Of a stretch of DNA of 31,120 nt, positions 21,213 to 29,417 are shown in pieces (the first letter of the stretch is position 1; each line of letters opens with the position of its first letter). The stretch spans positions 1 to 31,120 of the forward strand of contig JBIJDH010000045.1 of the NCBI GenBank assembly GCA_044344255.1. Direction: 5' to 3'. The DNA is from Myxococcota bacterium (GTDB lineage: Bacteria > Myxococcota_A > UBA796 > UBA2385). The notes beneath the pieces are model-generated. The model was given only the letters and a program-made list of their open reading frames with translations, was not told where the DNA came from and searched no databases. The position numbers and the translations under genes were made by a program.

Positions 21213-22529
21213 ATGACCGCTCCGTTCACCGGCCCCCTCGCCGAGCTCCCCGAGCACCTCCCAGGCGAGCCGCCCACCCGACGGCGGTCGGGCGCCGCCC
21301 TCTGGCCCCCCGCGATCGTCGGCCTCGCCCTCTCTTTCACCCTGCTCGTCGCCCTTGGCCCGCTCTGGCTCCCCTATGCGCTCCTCTCGCGGGTCTACGG
21401 CCGCCCGCCGAGCGTCCCGCGCGCGTGGCAGGTCAACCGGTACCTGCGCCTCATCTGGACTGCCCAGGCCCCGCACCCCGGGATCTCCCTCGCGCGGCGC
21501 GTCCACCTCACCGGCGCGCTCCTCCGCAAGCTCGCGATGAGCCCGCTCTGGGGCCTCGCCTGGCTCCTCGACGAGGTGCTCTACGGTCGCGCCTTGTCCG
21601 CCGTCTCTGTCCACAAGCCCCTGTTCGAGATCAGCGCCGGCCGCAGCGGGAGCACCCAGCTCGCCCACCACCTCGAGGACGACCCCACGCTGGTGGCACC
21701 CAACCTGCTCCAGTCGCTGTTCCCCTATCTGTGGCTCTGGAAGCTCGTGCCGGTCACGATCGGCCGGCTGGTGTCCGAAGACACCGTGCGGTCCAAGCTG
21801 GTTGGCATGCTCTCCCCCGCCTTCGTCGAGCGCCACGAGCTCGATCCTTTCCGCACGGACACCTTTGACGGTGCGTTGTTCACCGCCCACCTGAACGAGC
21901 TCGCCATCCAGCTCGGCCCGGACGTCGCCGCCGACGACCTCGCGATGGGGCACGTCGCCCCCCACAACCGCCCGCTCTGGGGCCACGACTTCCCCGCGAT
22001 GATCGGGCGCATCGGCCGAAAGGTGCTGTTGTTTCACGGGGCCGGGCGTCGCCTGTTCATCAAGGGCCACTTCCTCGCCGCCGCCCCTGCGCTGGCCCTC
22101 CAGTTCCCGGACGCCCGCTTCCTCACCGTCATCCGTACGCCGAGCAAGCGGCTCCAGAGCGCCATCAACTACATGCGTGTGAACCCGGCGGATCCCGTGC
22201 TCGGCCCCCCTCCTTGGTCTTGGCTGGTTGAGGCGATCGTGCGCACCGAGCAGCGTTACAACGCCGAGGAGCTCGCCTGGTACACCGCCCCCGGGCCCAC
22301 CGCCCGGTGTGTCATTCGTTTCGATGACTACGTGCGCGACCTCGGGGGTACGCTCGATACGGTCTATTCGCAGTGTATGGACGGGCCGCCGCCGCCCTCC
22401 CTCCCGCGGGAGCACCCCCCTCGCCGGCGCACGAATTACCAGGTCGACCGCTCCTTGGAGGCGCTGCGTGTCGACGGCGCGGCCTTCGACGCGGCGCAAG
22501 GGGAGTACCTGCGGTGGTGCCGCGGGTGA
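21213..22529 (+). CDS. Membrane-anchored sulfotransferase family protein
   Basis: GGAG RBS; N-terminal TM; 5'-PSB-like GRSGSTQL; FPDARFLTVIRTP...S 3'-PB-like motif. Confidence 0.85.
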   Translation: MTAPFTGPLAELPEHLPGEPPTRRRSGAALWPPAIVGLALSFTLLVALGPLWLPYALLSRVYGRPPSVPRAWQVNRYLRLIWTAQAPHPGISLARRVHLTGALLRKLAMSPLWGLAWLLDEVLYGRALSAVSVHKPLFEISAGRSGSTQLAHHLEDDPTLVAPNLLQSLFPYLWLWKLVPVTIGRLVSEDTVRSKLVGMLSPAFVERHELDPFRTDTFDGALFTAHLNELAIQLGPDVAADDLAMGHVAPHNRPLWGHDFPAMIGRIGRKVLLFHGAGRRLFIKGHFLAAAPALALQFPDARFLTVIRTPSKRLQSAINYMRVNPADPVLGPPPWSWLVEAIVRTEQRYNAEELAWYTAPGPTARCVIRFDDYVRDLGGTLDTVYSQCMDGPPPPSLPREHPPRRRTNYQVDRSLEALRVDGAAFDAAQGEYLRWCRG

Positions 22530-22638
22530 GCCCGGCCTGGCGTGCGGCTACGGCCCCACCTCGGTCGAGTCCCCGAATTATCGGGAGGCCGCGCCCCAGG
22601 AGGCGCCGCCGATCACCCGCTCGACCGAGGTGCCGACC

Positions 22639-23028
22639 ATGCTCGAAGGACGCTGCCTCTGTGGCTCGGTGGGCTGGACCCTCCGCGAGCTCCCCCGGTC
22701 TGCCACGGCCTGCAGCTGCACCGCCTGCCGGCGCTACGGCACCCTCTGGGCGTACGGCTGGGAGGGCGAGGACATCACGTTCTTCGGCGAGACCGCCTCG
22801 TACGCGCGCGGCGAGGCGCTGAGCTTCCACTTCTGCCCTCGCTGCGGCAACGTGAGCCACTGGTGGGGCTTCACGGTCGACGAGCAGGGCCGGCGCCGGG
22901 TGGCGGTCAACCTCCGCCTCACCGAGCCCGGCCCGATCGAAGAGGTCCCCGTACGTCACTTCGATGGGCTGGACTCCTGGGAAGCCCGCCCCCAGCCGGG
23001 GCGCTGCGTGAAGGACCTCTGGTTTTGA
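22639..23028 (+). CDS. GFA (glutathione-dependent formaldehyde-activating/CENP-V) family protein
   Basis: GRCLCG, CSCTACRR, FCPRCG zinc motifs; GAGG RBS. Confidence 0.92.
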   Translation: MLEGRCLCGSVGWTLRELPRSATACSCTACRRYGTLWAYGWEGEDITFFGETASYARGEALSFHFCPRCGNVSHWWGFTVDEQGRRRVAVNLRLTEPGPIEEVPVRHFDGLDSWEARPQPGRCVKDLWF

Positions 23029-23101
23029 CGGGCGGTCTCCGGCGCGCGCCCGCGATGGGCGACCCACGCCCCCGCGCCCTCCGCCCCTCGCCCGACGCGC
23101 C

Positions 23102-23275
23102 ATGGCCAACGTGCTCGTTGTCGGTGGAGGCTCCTTCAAGAGCGCGGACCTGCCCGCCTTGCGTGCCTGGTACAAGCGGGTCCTCGGCCTCGAGGTGAGC
23201 GACTGGGGCGTCTCCTTCACCCCCAATAGGGTGGCCGATGTGCCCGGCGCACGCTCTTCCCATCGATGGAGATGA
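23102..23275 (+). pseudogene. Truncated VOC/glyoxalase-family gene (not in the supplied ORF track)
   Basis: Manual translation MANVLVVGGGSFKSADLPALRAWYKRVLGLEVSDWGVSFTP... matches a VOC N-terminus, then runs into opposite-strand transposase sequence and stops after 57 aa. Confidence 0.7.
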
Positions 23276-23558
23276 CGTCACCGCCGATCTGCTCCCGAAT
23301 CGACCCGACTCCAGAGAGGTCCCGAACCAAGCCTCCTTCGCTCGGCCGAACTCGACGACCTCAATGATGTTCTCTGCGCCGCCGATCACAGCCAGGATGG
23401 TGAGGGCGATGACCTCGCGGAGGTGATGTCGCTTGGTGCGGTCCACCTGGGGGTCTGGCAGGGTCTCGAAGTGCTCCAGGAGCGTCGCCATGGCGACCTC
23501 CGAGGCCGCGGCAGATGCCCGGCGGTAAGAGATCAACCCATGCTAACCTCTTGCCCTG
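23240..23558 (-). mobile_element. ISAs1-family insertion-sequence remnant (internally deleted, 3'-truncated transposase)
   Basis: ATG at 23491: LLEHFETLPDPQVDRTKRHHLREVIALTILAVIGGAE...FGRAKEAW, then in another frame GGDVISIDGKSVRR (ISAs1 IDGK motif). Candidate end CAGGGCAA at 23558-23551. Confidence 0.88.
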
Positions 23559-23612
23559 TCAGGATGCGATTGCCCTTCAGAGGGAGGCTCTTCGCATTGA
23601 AGGTCGGCCTCC

Positions 23613-25181
23613 CTAAAGTCGAACGGAGATGCCTGTACAAGCCTGGACGCTGCGAACCGACAGGCTGACGCCCGGCTGCGTCTCCCCACCGTAATAATAC
23701 TCACCGGACCCGCCTCTGTACTGAATGGCGAGGTTCGAGGACCACCGCTGTCCGAAGTCATAACGGCCCAGGGCACCGATCACAGGGAGCGTCCAGATGA
23801 CTACGTTTGTCTTGTCTTTCTGCTCGTAATCATAGTACCGCCCAAGGCCCGCCTGTGCTCCAAGCTCCATCCGGCTTCCCACCCGGTGGACATAAGCGAG
23901 CCCACCGTCGAACCAGGTCTCGTTCCAGCCATTACCCAGTATGCCCCCGAGGAGATTTGGATTTGCGGAATATCCAACACCGACAAAAGGCTCGAAGCCC
24001 AGCTTTGTCGTGTAGGCTGCCTTGAGAGTCCCTCCTGCCGACCCCAAGGTCGAGGTGGTAACCGGGGTATCCAAGGGCCCGCCCCCCTCCTCCGTGGCGG
24101 TCACTTCGTCCCGCTGGTACGCGGGAAGATCGAGCGACAGGCGAAAGACCGACCTCGTTTCGACACCGGCTGCATGGGGCTTTACCTTGGTGGCGGCTTT
24201 GGGACGGGCGGGAGACGCCTTCGCGCGTGTAGTGGTGGGGCGGGCGGATGCCGACCGCCCTTTCGACACGCTCAGGGCCTCGCCGCGAAACAGTTCTGCC
24301 GGAGGCGCCCTCTCAAGGCGACCTTTGACCAGGGTGAGGCTCCCGGCTGGTGCCCCCAGCAAGGTGGGCTGCTGGCTGTCCGCCTGCGCCACCCGGAGCA
24401 TGCGTGACACATAGGCCTGGGCCTCTTCCACCGTGACTGTGCCGTTCTTCCGTCCGTCGACCTCTCCGTCTGCCCACCCCCGCATCGCCCCGACGAGGAA
24501 GTAGGTGAAGGCTCCGTGCGAGACCGCCGGTAAGGGTCCTGCCATCTCGTTCGGACCGGCCGCGACCCACTCCGTCACCTTCTTGGACGCCTGTTGCAGG
24601 GCATAGACTGGAACGACCGGACGTTTTCCCTTCAGAAGGGATTGGCCGTCCCGACCGACTCCGGTGTAACAGGCGTCCGTGATCAGGATGACGTGGGCAC
24701 CCCCCACCTGCCCGGCCGCTTCGAGCTCCTCCAGCCGAACCGCACGAGCGGCGAAGGCCACGGGATCGGTCGGCGTGTCGTCGCCGAGCACCATTCGTGC
24801 CCCGTCATCGGGCGAAGCCGCGCCATGTCCCGAGAAGTAGATCCACACAATCCCATGGGGGCCGGTTCGTTTCCCGGCGTCTTCCACCGCCGCCAGCATG
24901 GTCTCGCGCGAGACCTCCTTCGTGAGCAGCCGGACCCGCTCGAGAGGGATCCCCCGGCTGTAGACGAACACGTCGGCCATCGTGGCGGCGTCGGCTCGGG
25001 CGAAGGGAACGTCGGGAACACGAAGATAGTCCTCGATTCCAATGACCACGGCGGACTCACCCCCGGCGGAGGCACCCGTTCGGAGAGGCTCACTGAAGGC
25101 CGGTAGCGCATCATCCTGCGCCCACGCCTGCATTGGGCCGATGAGCAGTACGATAGAAAAGAGCAGGGTCCTGACGGGCAT
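23613..25181 (-). CDS. Exported caspase-family (peptidase C14) protein with C-terminal probable beta-barrel
   Basis: AGGA RBS, Sec signal ending AWA; AVVIGIEDY, YFSGHG (His), ITDACYTG (Cys), HGAFTYFL; Ala/Lys/Pro linker; amphipathic strands ending GISVRL. Visibly more A/T-rich than the flanks. Confidence 0.88.
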   Translation of the reverse strand: MPVRTLLFSIVLLIGPMQAWAQDDALPAFSEPLRTGASAGGESAVVIGIEDYLRVPDVPFARADAATMADVFVYSRGIPLERVRLLTKEVSRETMLAAVEDAGKRTGPHGIVWIYFSGHGAASPDDGARMVLGDDTPTDPVAFAARAVRLEELEAAGQVGGAHVILITDACYTGVGRDGQSLLKGKRPVVPVYALQQASKKVTEWVAAGPNEMAGPLPAVSHGAFTYFLVGAMRGWADGEVDGRKNGTVTVEEAQAYVSRMLRVAQADSQQPTLLGAPAGSLTLVKGRLERAPPAELFRGEALSVSKGRSASARPTTTRAKASPARPKAATKVKPHAAGVETRSVFRLSLDLPAYQRDEVTATEEGGGPLDTPVTTSTLGSAGGTLKAAYTTKLGFEPFVGVGYSANPNLLGGILGNGWNETWFDGGLAYVHRVGSRMELGAQAGLGRYYDYEQKDKTNVVIWTLPVIGALGRYDFGQRWSSNLAIQYRGGSGEYYYGGETQPGVSLSVRSVQACTGISVRL

Positions 25182-25423
25182 CCGGATATTTCCTTGTAGC
25201 GGGGTTCAGGACGGGGTGAGCCGTTCTGCTTCCCACCATGTTCGGAGCATACACCCTGAATTGCCCCGGGTCACGTAACCTGCCCCGTGCCAACGGCGAA
25301 ACCAGAGCTGGGGGCCCCAGCACCGCCGCCGGCCGCTCCCCCATCAGCGCCGATCACTCAGGCCCGCAAGCACCGCCGCAGCCCTGTGTTGGCGGGTTCG
25401 GGGAAGCCGCGGGCCATGAGGCC

Positions 25424-25852
25424 ACTACCTTGCCAACGCCAACGCGAAGGGCGGAAGACCCGCTCCTCTCCCGTCCCGACGGCACATCGCGCTTCGCCGT
25501 GGCCCGCTCCCAGGACGGCGGCGCCCGCTTCACAGAGGAGGTTTTGCTCAGCGAGGAGCCCTCCCCCATCGCCGACCCCGCGCTGGTGCGGGTCTCCGAC
25601 GGAGGCTGGCGTATGTATTTCTCAGAGGGGGCCGATATCGTGAGCGCCTTCGCGGTTGCCCCCCTCGGCCCCTTCGTGCGCGAGGCGGGAGCGCGGCTCA
25701 CGGGGCAGGGCGGCTCGCCGGGCGCGCTCCGGGTCGGCGGCATCACCCACCTCTTGACCTGCGTGGGCGGCGTCCTCCGCGCCGACTGCCCCGACGGGCT
25801 CTCCTTCACCCCCGGTGAGACGCCCGTCTCCCCTCCGCCCGGCTACGATCTC
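25424..25852 (+). pseudogene. Decayed internal partial copy of the Asp-box lipoprotein gene (corresponds to about 20478-20905)
   Basis: PIADPALVRVSDGGWRMY(F/Y)SEGADIVSAFAV...GITHL is shared. The copy lacks both ends and has a +1 frameshift near 25451 (gggcggaagacc vs gggcgaggacc). Confidence 0.88.
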
Positions 25853-26196
25853 CGCCGCGCCTTCTTCCCCCGGGCGGGCGGCGGCGGGCGTAGAGCGGCT
25901 GGCCACAGCCCCTCGAGCAGCTCCCGGGCGGGCTCGGCCACCTCGGGGGCGTAGCGGCGGACGAGCTCGGAGTCCCCCCCCACGATGGCCTCCATCGCCG
26001 CCTTGAGCGGGAGGGCCCGCTCGGCGAGGGGGGCGACCGGGGCGGCGGCCTCGGCGATGTGGCCGTGGCGGATGAGGCCGGCGACGAGCGGGAGAAGCTG
26101 AGGGAGGGGGTCGAGGGGCTGGAGCGCATCGCGAAGCGGACGCTCGGCCACCCTCATCGACAGGGCCGCTGCGAGGTCGGGCTGGACACGGATCAC
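25843..26196 (-). pseudogene. Probable 3' fragment of a larger helical protein gene
   Basis: Plausible codon usage and a natural-looking basic C-terminus, but no convincing RBS/start; begins right at the 26199 hairpin. Confidence 0.4.
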
Positions 26197-26198
26197 TC

Positions 26199-26238
26199 CA
26201 CCGCTGTTGTACTTCCGCCATGCTGTACAACAGCGGTG
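26199..26238. other. Perfect 14-bp inverted repeat with 12-nt loop (terminator or recombination-site candidate)
   Basis: caccgctgttgtac (26199-26212) and gtacaacagcggtg (26225-26238), 16 bp downstream of the SGNH copy 1 stop. Confidence 0.75.
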
Positions 26239-26254
26239 TTGTGGAAAGGACCCC

Positions 26255-27379
26255 TCAGTCGTCGAGCTTCCAGTCGTCGATGATGGGCTCGGACCAGGGC
26301 GGCAGGTCGCCGTTCGGCACGAGCGGGTTCTCCGGCCAGCGGCGGATGTGCAGCGCCCGGGTGAGGCGCTCGGCGTAGGCGGCGTTGAGCGCGGCGGTGG
26401 GGTGCATTTCGTCGAGGAAGCCCGCGTCTTCGAGCAGGCCCCCCTCCGCCGCGGCGTCGCAGCCGTGCACGATCGGCACGCCCCGCCGCTCGGCCACGGC
26501 CTTCATCGTGTGGAAGTAGACCCCCCAGGAGGTCTCTCGGTCCTCGGTCATCGCGGCCAGGATGCGGTTGCAGGGGGAGATGAAGACCGCCCCGATGCCA
26601 CGGGCGCTCGCCTGCTGCAGCATCCAGTCGAGGTTCTCGGCGTACTGCTCGATCGGCACGCGGCGGACCCCCTTCTGGTTCGGGTCCTTCACCCAGGTCA
26701 CCGGGAGGCTTCCGCCAGGCATGGCGGTGGGCACCTCGTCGCCCGTCTCCCCGGCGGCGATCTGTTTGATCTTCGTCCCGATCATCGCCCAGAGCACGCT
26801 CTTGCGCAGCAGCCACTGGACCTTGAAGCCGGGAGAGTGGAGCTCGGCGATCCACTCCCGATCCTGGAAGCCGCGGGCCATGGTGTCACTCCAGAGGTTG
26901 CCGATCACCAGCAGGTTCGGGCGGAGGTCCCAGCCCACCTCCTCGAGCAGGACCCGGGACTGCTCCGAGCTGTAGCCGGGGATGCCGCCGTCGAAGACGT
27001 CGACGTCGAGGCCGGCCTCCGCCAGGGAGCGGCGCAGCGAGGCGTGGAGGGTGCCGTTGTCGGCGAGGCCGTGGCCGAAGATGCTGGAGTCGCCGAGCGT
27101 GAGGGCGCGGAGGGGCGCGCCGGTGTCGGCCACTACGCGGAGGCCGTCGGCGCCGACGTCGAAGGTGGCGTCAAAGGCGGTCTGCGAGCCCTCCCGCAGC
27201 CCCCAGATGCGGGTCTCATGGGGAGGGAGGTCTTGCCCCTTCTCGGTGATGTGCGCCGTGGCGATCTTGTCCATCACCCGCGCGACCACCTCTCCGATCG
27301 CCAGGAGGATGGAGCAGGAGGCGAGGGTGAACAGCAGCTTCTTGGCGGTGGACAGGGCCCGGGGGGGCGGTGGGGTCAC
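26255..27379 (-). CDS. Membrane-anchored SGNH/GDSL hydrolase family protein, copy 1
   Basis: N-terminal TM; LGDSSIFG, PGYS, GNLWSD, DEMH (DxxH). Confidence 0.9.
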   Translation of the reverse strand: MTPPPPRALSTAKKLLFTLASCSILLAIGEVVARVMDKIATAHITEKGQDLPPHETRIWGLREGSQTAFDATFDVGADGLRVVADTGAPLRALTLGDSSIFGHGLADNGTLHASLRRSLAEAGLDVDVFDGGIPGYSSEQSRVLLEEVGWDLRPNLLVIGNLWSDTMARGFQDREWIAELHSPGFKVQWLLRKSVLWAMIGTKIKQIAAGETGDEVPTAMPGGSLPVTWVKDPNQKGVRRVPIEQYAENLDWMLQQASARGIGAVFISPCNRILAAMTEDRETSWGVYFHTMKAVAERRGVPIVHGCDAAAEGGLLEDAGFLDEMHPTAALNAAYAERLTRALHIRRWPENPLVPNGDLPPWSEPIIDDWKLDD

Positions 27380-27434
27380 GAGACACTCGGCCGGAGGAGG
27401 GGGCTACAGCGATGGGGGGAGCGCTCGTGGACGC

Positions 27435-28253
27435 TCAGGGGGCGACGGGGACCTCGAGCGGGGGCGCGCCGAGGATGATGTTGAAGGTCACCCGCGCGGT
27501 CTCGGCGTCCAGGTGCTCGACGGTGAGCTCGCGGTCATCCGGTTTGTCCTCCATCGTGCCCTCGCCGATGTCGGCCTCACCGGGGAAGGCGAGCTGCGTG
27601 CACAGCAGCTCCTCGCCGTCGAGGCGGACCTTCACGTGGATGTGGGGCACGTTGTAGTGCAGCGTCTCGGGGTTGTTCAGGATCGCGGGCGGCATGATCG
27701 TGGAGAAGCAGTAGCCGCCCGCGCTGTCGGTGATCACGCGGCCCCGCCAGTCGAAGTCTTCGGTCTCGTTGTCGTATTTGCCGTCGGGGCCGGCCTGCCA
27801 GAGGTCCAGCTCGGCGCCGATCACGGGCGTACAGTCGGGGGTGAGCACCCGCCCGGAGACCCAGAGGGTGACGCCCGCGACCCCCTTCCCGTTGAGGTCG
27901 GCGCGGAGCGGGGCGCCGGCGCGGTAATTCGGGCCCTCCCCGTCCGCCGTGGTGGAGGCGGGGCAGGTCTCCGGGAGCGACTCCTCAAGGCCCTCACAGT
28001 GCTCAGCGGGGGCGGCGCCGCTGTCCCCAGCGCCGCTGTCCCCGGTACCGCCGTCACCGCCCCCGCTGTCGGTGGCTGTGCCGTCGGCGCCTTCGCCGCC
28101 GAGACCGCTGTCGGCGGGAGCGTCGCCGCCGTCGGGCTTCCCGGCGTCACCGTCCCCTCCGCAGGCCGCGAGGGTCGCGCTCAAGAGAGAGGGGGCGAGG
28201 GCGCCGCTGGCGGTGAGCCCAGCGAGGAGGTCGCGGCGGTTGAGGGTGCTCAT
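27435..28253 (-). CDS. Tat-lipoprotein of the intradiol ring-cleavage dioxygenase fold, copy 1
   Basis: NRRDLL twin-arginine + LAAC lipobox; acidic Gly linker; EGPNY, VSGRV, DLWQA..DGKYD, WRGR, PHIHVKV, TQL. Confidence 0.88.
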   Translation of the reverse strand: MSTLNRRDLLAGLTASGALAPSLLSATLAACGGDGDAGKPDGGDAPADSGLGGEGADGTATDSGGGDGGTGDSGAGDSGAAPAEHCEGLEESLPETCPASTTADGEGPNYRAGAPLRADLNGKGVAGVTLWVSGRVLTPDCTPVIGAELDLWQAGPDGKYDNETEDFDWRGRVITDSAGGYCFSTIMPPAILNNPETLHYNVPHIHVKVRLDGEELLCTQLAFPGEADIGEGTMEDKPDDRELTVEHLDAETARVTFNIILGAPPLEVPVAP

Positions 28254-28265
28254 GGCCGGAGCCTA
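28254..28265 (-). promoter_or_regulatory. Putative -10 box (TAGGCT) 6 nt upstream of the dioxygenase-like ATG
   Basis: Minus strand reads gggTAGGCTccggccATG; no Shine-Dalgarno visible. Confidence 0.4.
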
Positions 28266-28307
28266 CCCCCGACAAAAGGGAGAGACAACGACGCTGTGCG
28301 ACATACG

Positions 28308-28530
28308 ATGGCAGAGACAAACTCGGCGGCTCGGCTTTGCCCTGGTCTCGCTCGTGCTCGTGCTGGGCGCGGTCGAGCTCACCTGCTCCTTCCTCCCGGC
28401 CGAGTCCCTCGACACCCGCTCGCTCCGCCTGCGGGCGCAGACGATGGACGACAACCTCATGGGGACGCTCGATCTCCTTGTTCAGCTCGGCCTGCTCGTG
28501 GGGCAGGAGGGGGCCTTCGCCGCGGTGTAA
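28308..28530 (+). pseudogene. 5' fragment of a membrane-anchored protein gene, divergent from the dioxygenase-like gene
   Basis: RRLGFALVSLVLVLGAVEL resembles the SGNH anchor (KKLLFTL...GE). The ATG at 28308 is out of frame with it and the ORF ends early. Confidence 0.45.
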
Positions 28531-28560
28531 GCGGAGCCGCGGGCGATGACCAGGGCCCGA

Positions 28561-29145
28561 TCAGCCCTCTGTCGGCAGGCGGATCCCCGCTGCGATGAGC
28601 AGGCCCCGCAGTCGTTCCGTTTCCGCCAGGGCGGTCTCCTTCGCGGCGCGTTCGACCTCCTTCGCGGCGAGGGCGGTCTCCTTCGCCTCACGCTCGACCT
28701 CCTTCGCCACCAGCGCAGCCTCCTTCTGTCTGCGCTCCTCCTCCTTCTGTCTGCGCTCCTCCTCTTTCTGCCTGCGCTCCTCTTCCTGGCCACGCTGCGC
28801 CCTCTCCAAGGCCTTTTGCGCGCCGCGCTCCACACGCCGCGCCTCCTCACGCCCGCGGTAGAGATCATTCAGGAAGGTGTCTTTTCGAAAGTCGTGGAGG
28901 ATCTCCATGGCTTGCTCCATTGTGGGGCTGTCGATCTCCGCGGGGACCTCGGTCCAATCCTCTGCCTCGTTGAAGAACCAGAACCAGGCGCCGACCGAGG
29001 AGGCGAGGATGTCCGCGCGGGCCTTCCACCACCGACGGAGCTGGAGCACGTCGATCTGCGCGTCGCCGTGTAGGAGGAAGCCCTCCCGCTCCTCACGCAT
29101 CTGGAAGCGGAGATGGGCCTGCTTGGAGGAGGGGAAGAGGTCCGT
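28561..29145 (-). pseudogene. 5'-truncated Rpn-family (PD-(D/E)XK nuclease/putative transposase) gene
   Basis: DLFP..AHLRFQMRE...QIDVLQL..W...WFWFFNEA...MEQAMEIL..F...Y..R followed by E/R/K repeats and RLRGLLIAAGI. The N-terminal nuclease region is absent. Confidence 0.72.
28626..28785 (-). repeat. In-frame 21-bp (EEERRQK x3) and 42-bp (AL.AKEVER.AKET x2) repeats in the Rpn tail
   Basis: Read directly from the DNA and the translation. Confidence 0.85.
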
Positions 29146-29417
29146 CTTGTTCTGCACAAGCCGGATCTTGACTCTCCCCACAGCCGCGTAATGAACGGCA
29201 GTGAGTACGCGGGAGCGCGCCCGAGCAGGTCATTGGATACCAAAAGAACTGTGTCATGCCGTACGGGGCTCGCGCCGAAAAGGCTGACCGGGCCGCTGCC
29301 ATCATCGCGCGGCTGGTGAATCACCTCGCGTAGGAGACGCTGAACGCGCCCGGCGGGACGCCGCTCCACCGCCGTCCGTCCCCGGCTCCCACCCCGCGCC
29401 GACAGGCCCGCCCCGCC

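Noticed and set aside
22919..23536. 205-aa ORF as an intact transposase
   Set aside because: Only about 60 aa match ISAs1 in this frame; the DDE core is deleted and the remainder is antisense read-through.
23613..25181. Gasdermin-caspase or other cytoplasmic caspase defence operon
   Set aside because: No adjacent gasdermin, NLR/STAND, TIR or CHAT partner is visible, and the protease carries an export signal.
20478..25852. Diversity-generating retroelement template/variable repeat pair
   Set aside because: Mismatches involve all four bases and include an indel rather than being adenine-specific; the repeat is mid-gene; no reverse transcriptase in the window.
25238..25954. 238-aa ORF as a functional gene
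   Set aside because: Chimera of unrelated upstream sequence, a frameshifted propeller fragment and the antisense of the next fragment.
26199..26238. Integron attC site
   Set aside because: No RYYYAAC/GTTRRRY boxes, too short, single copy, no integrase.
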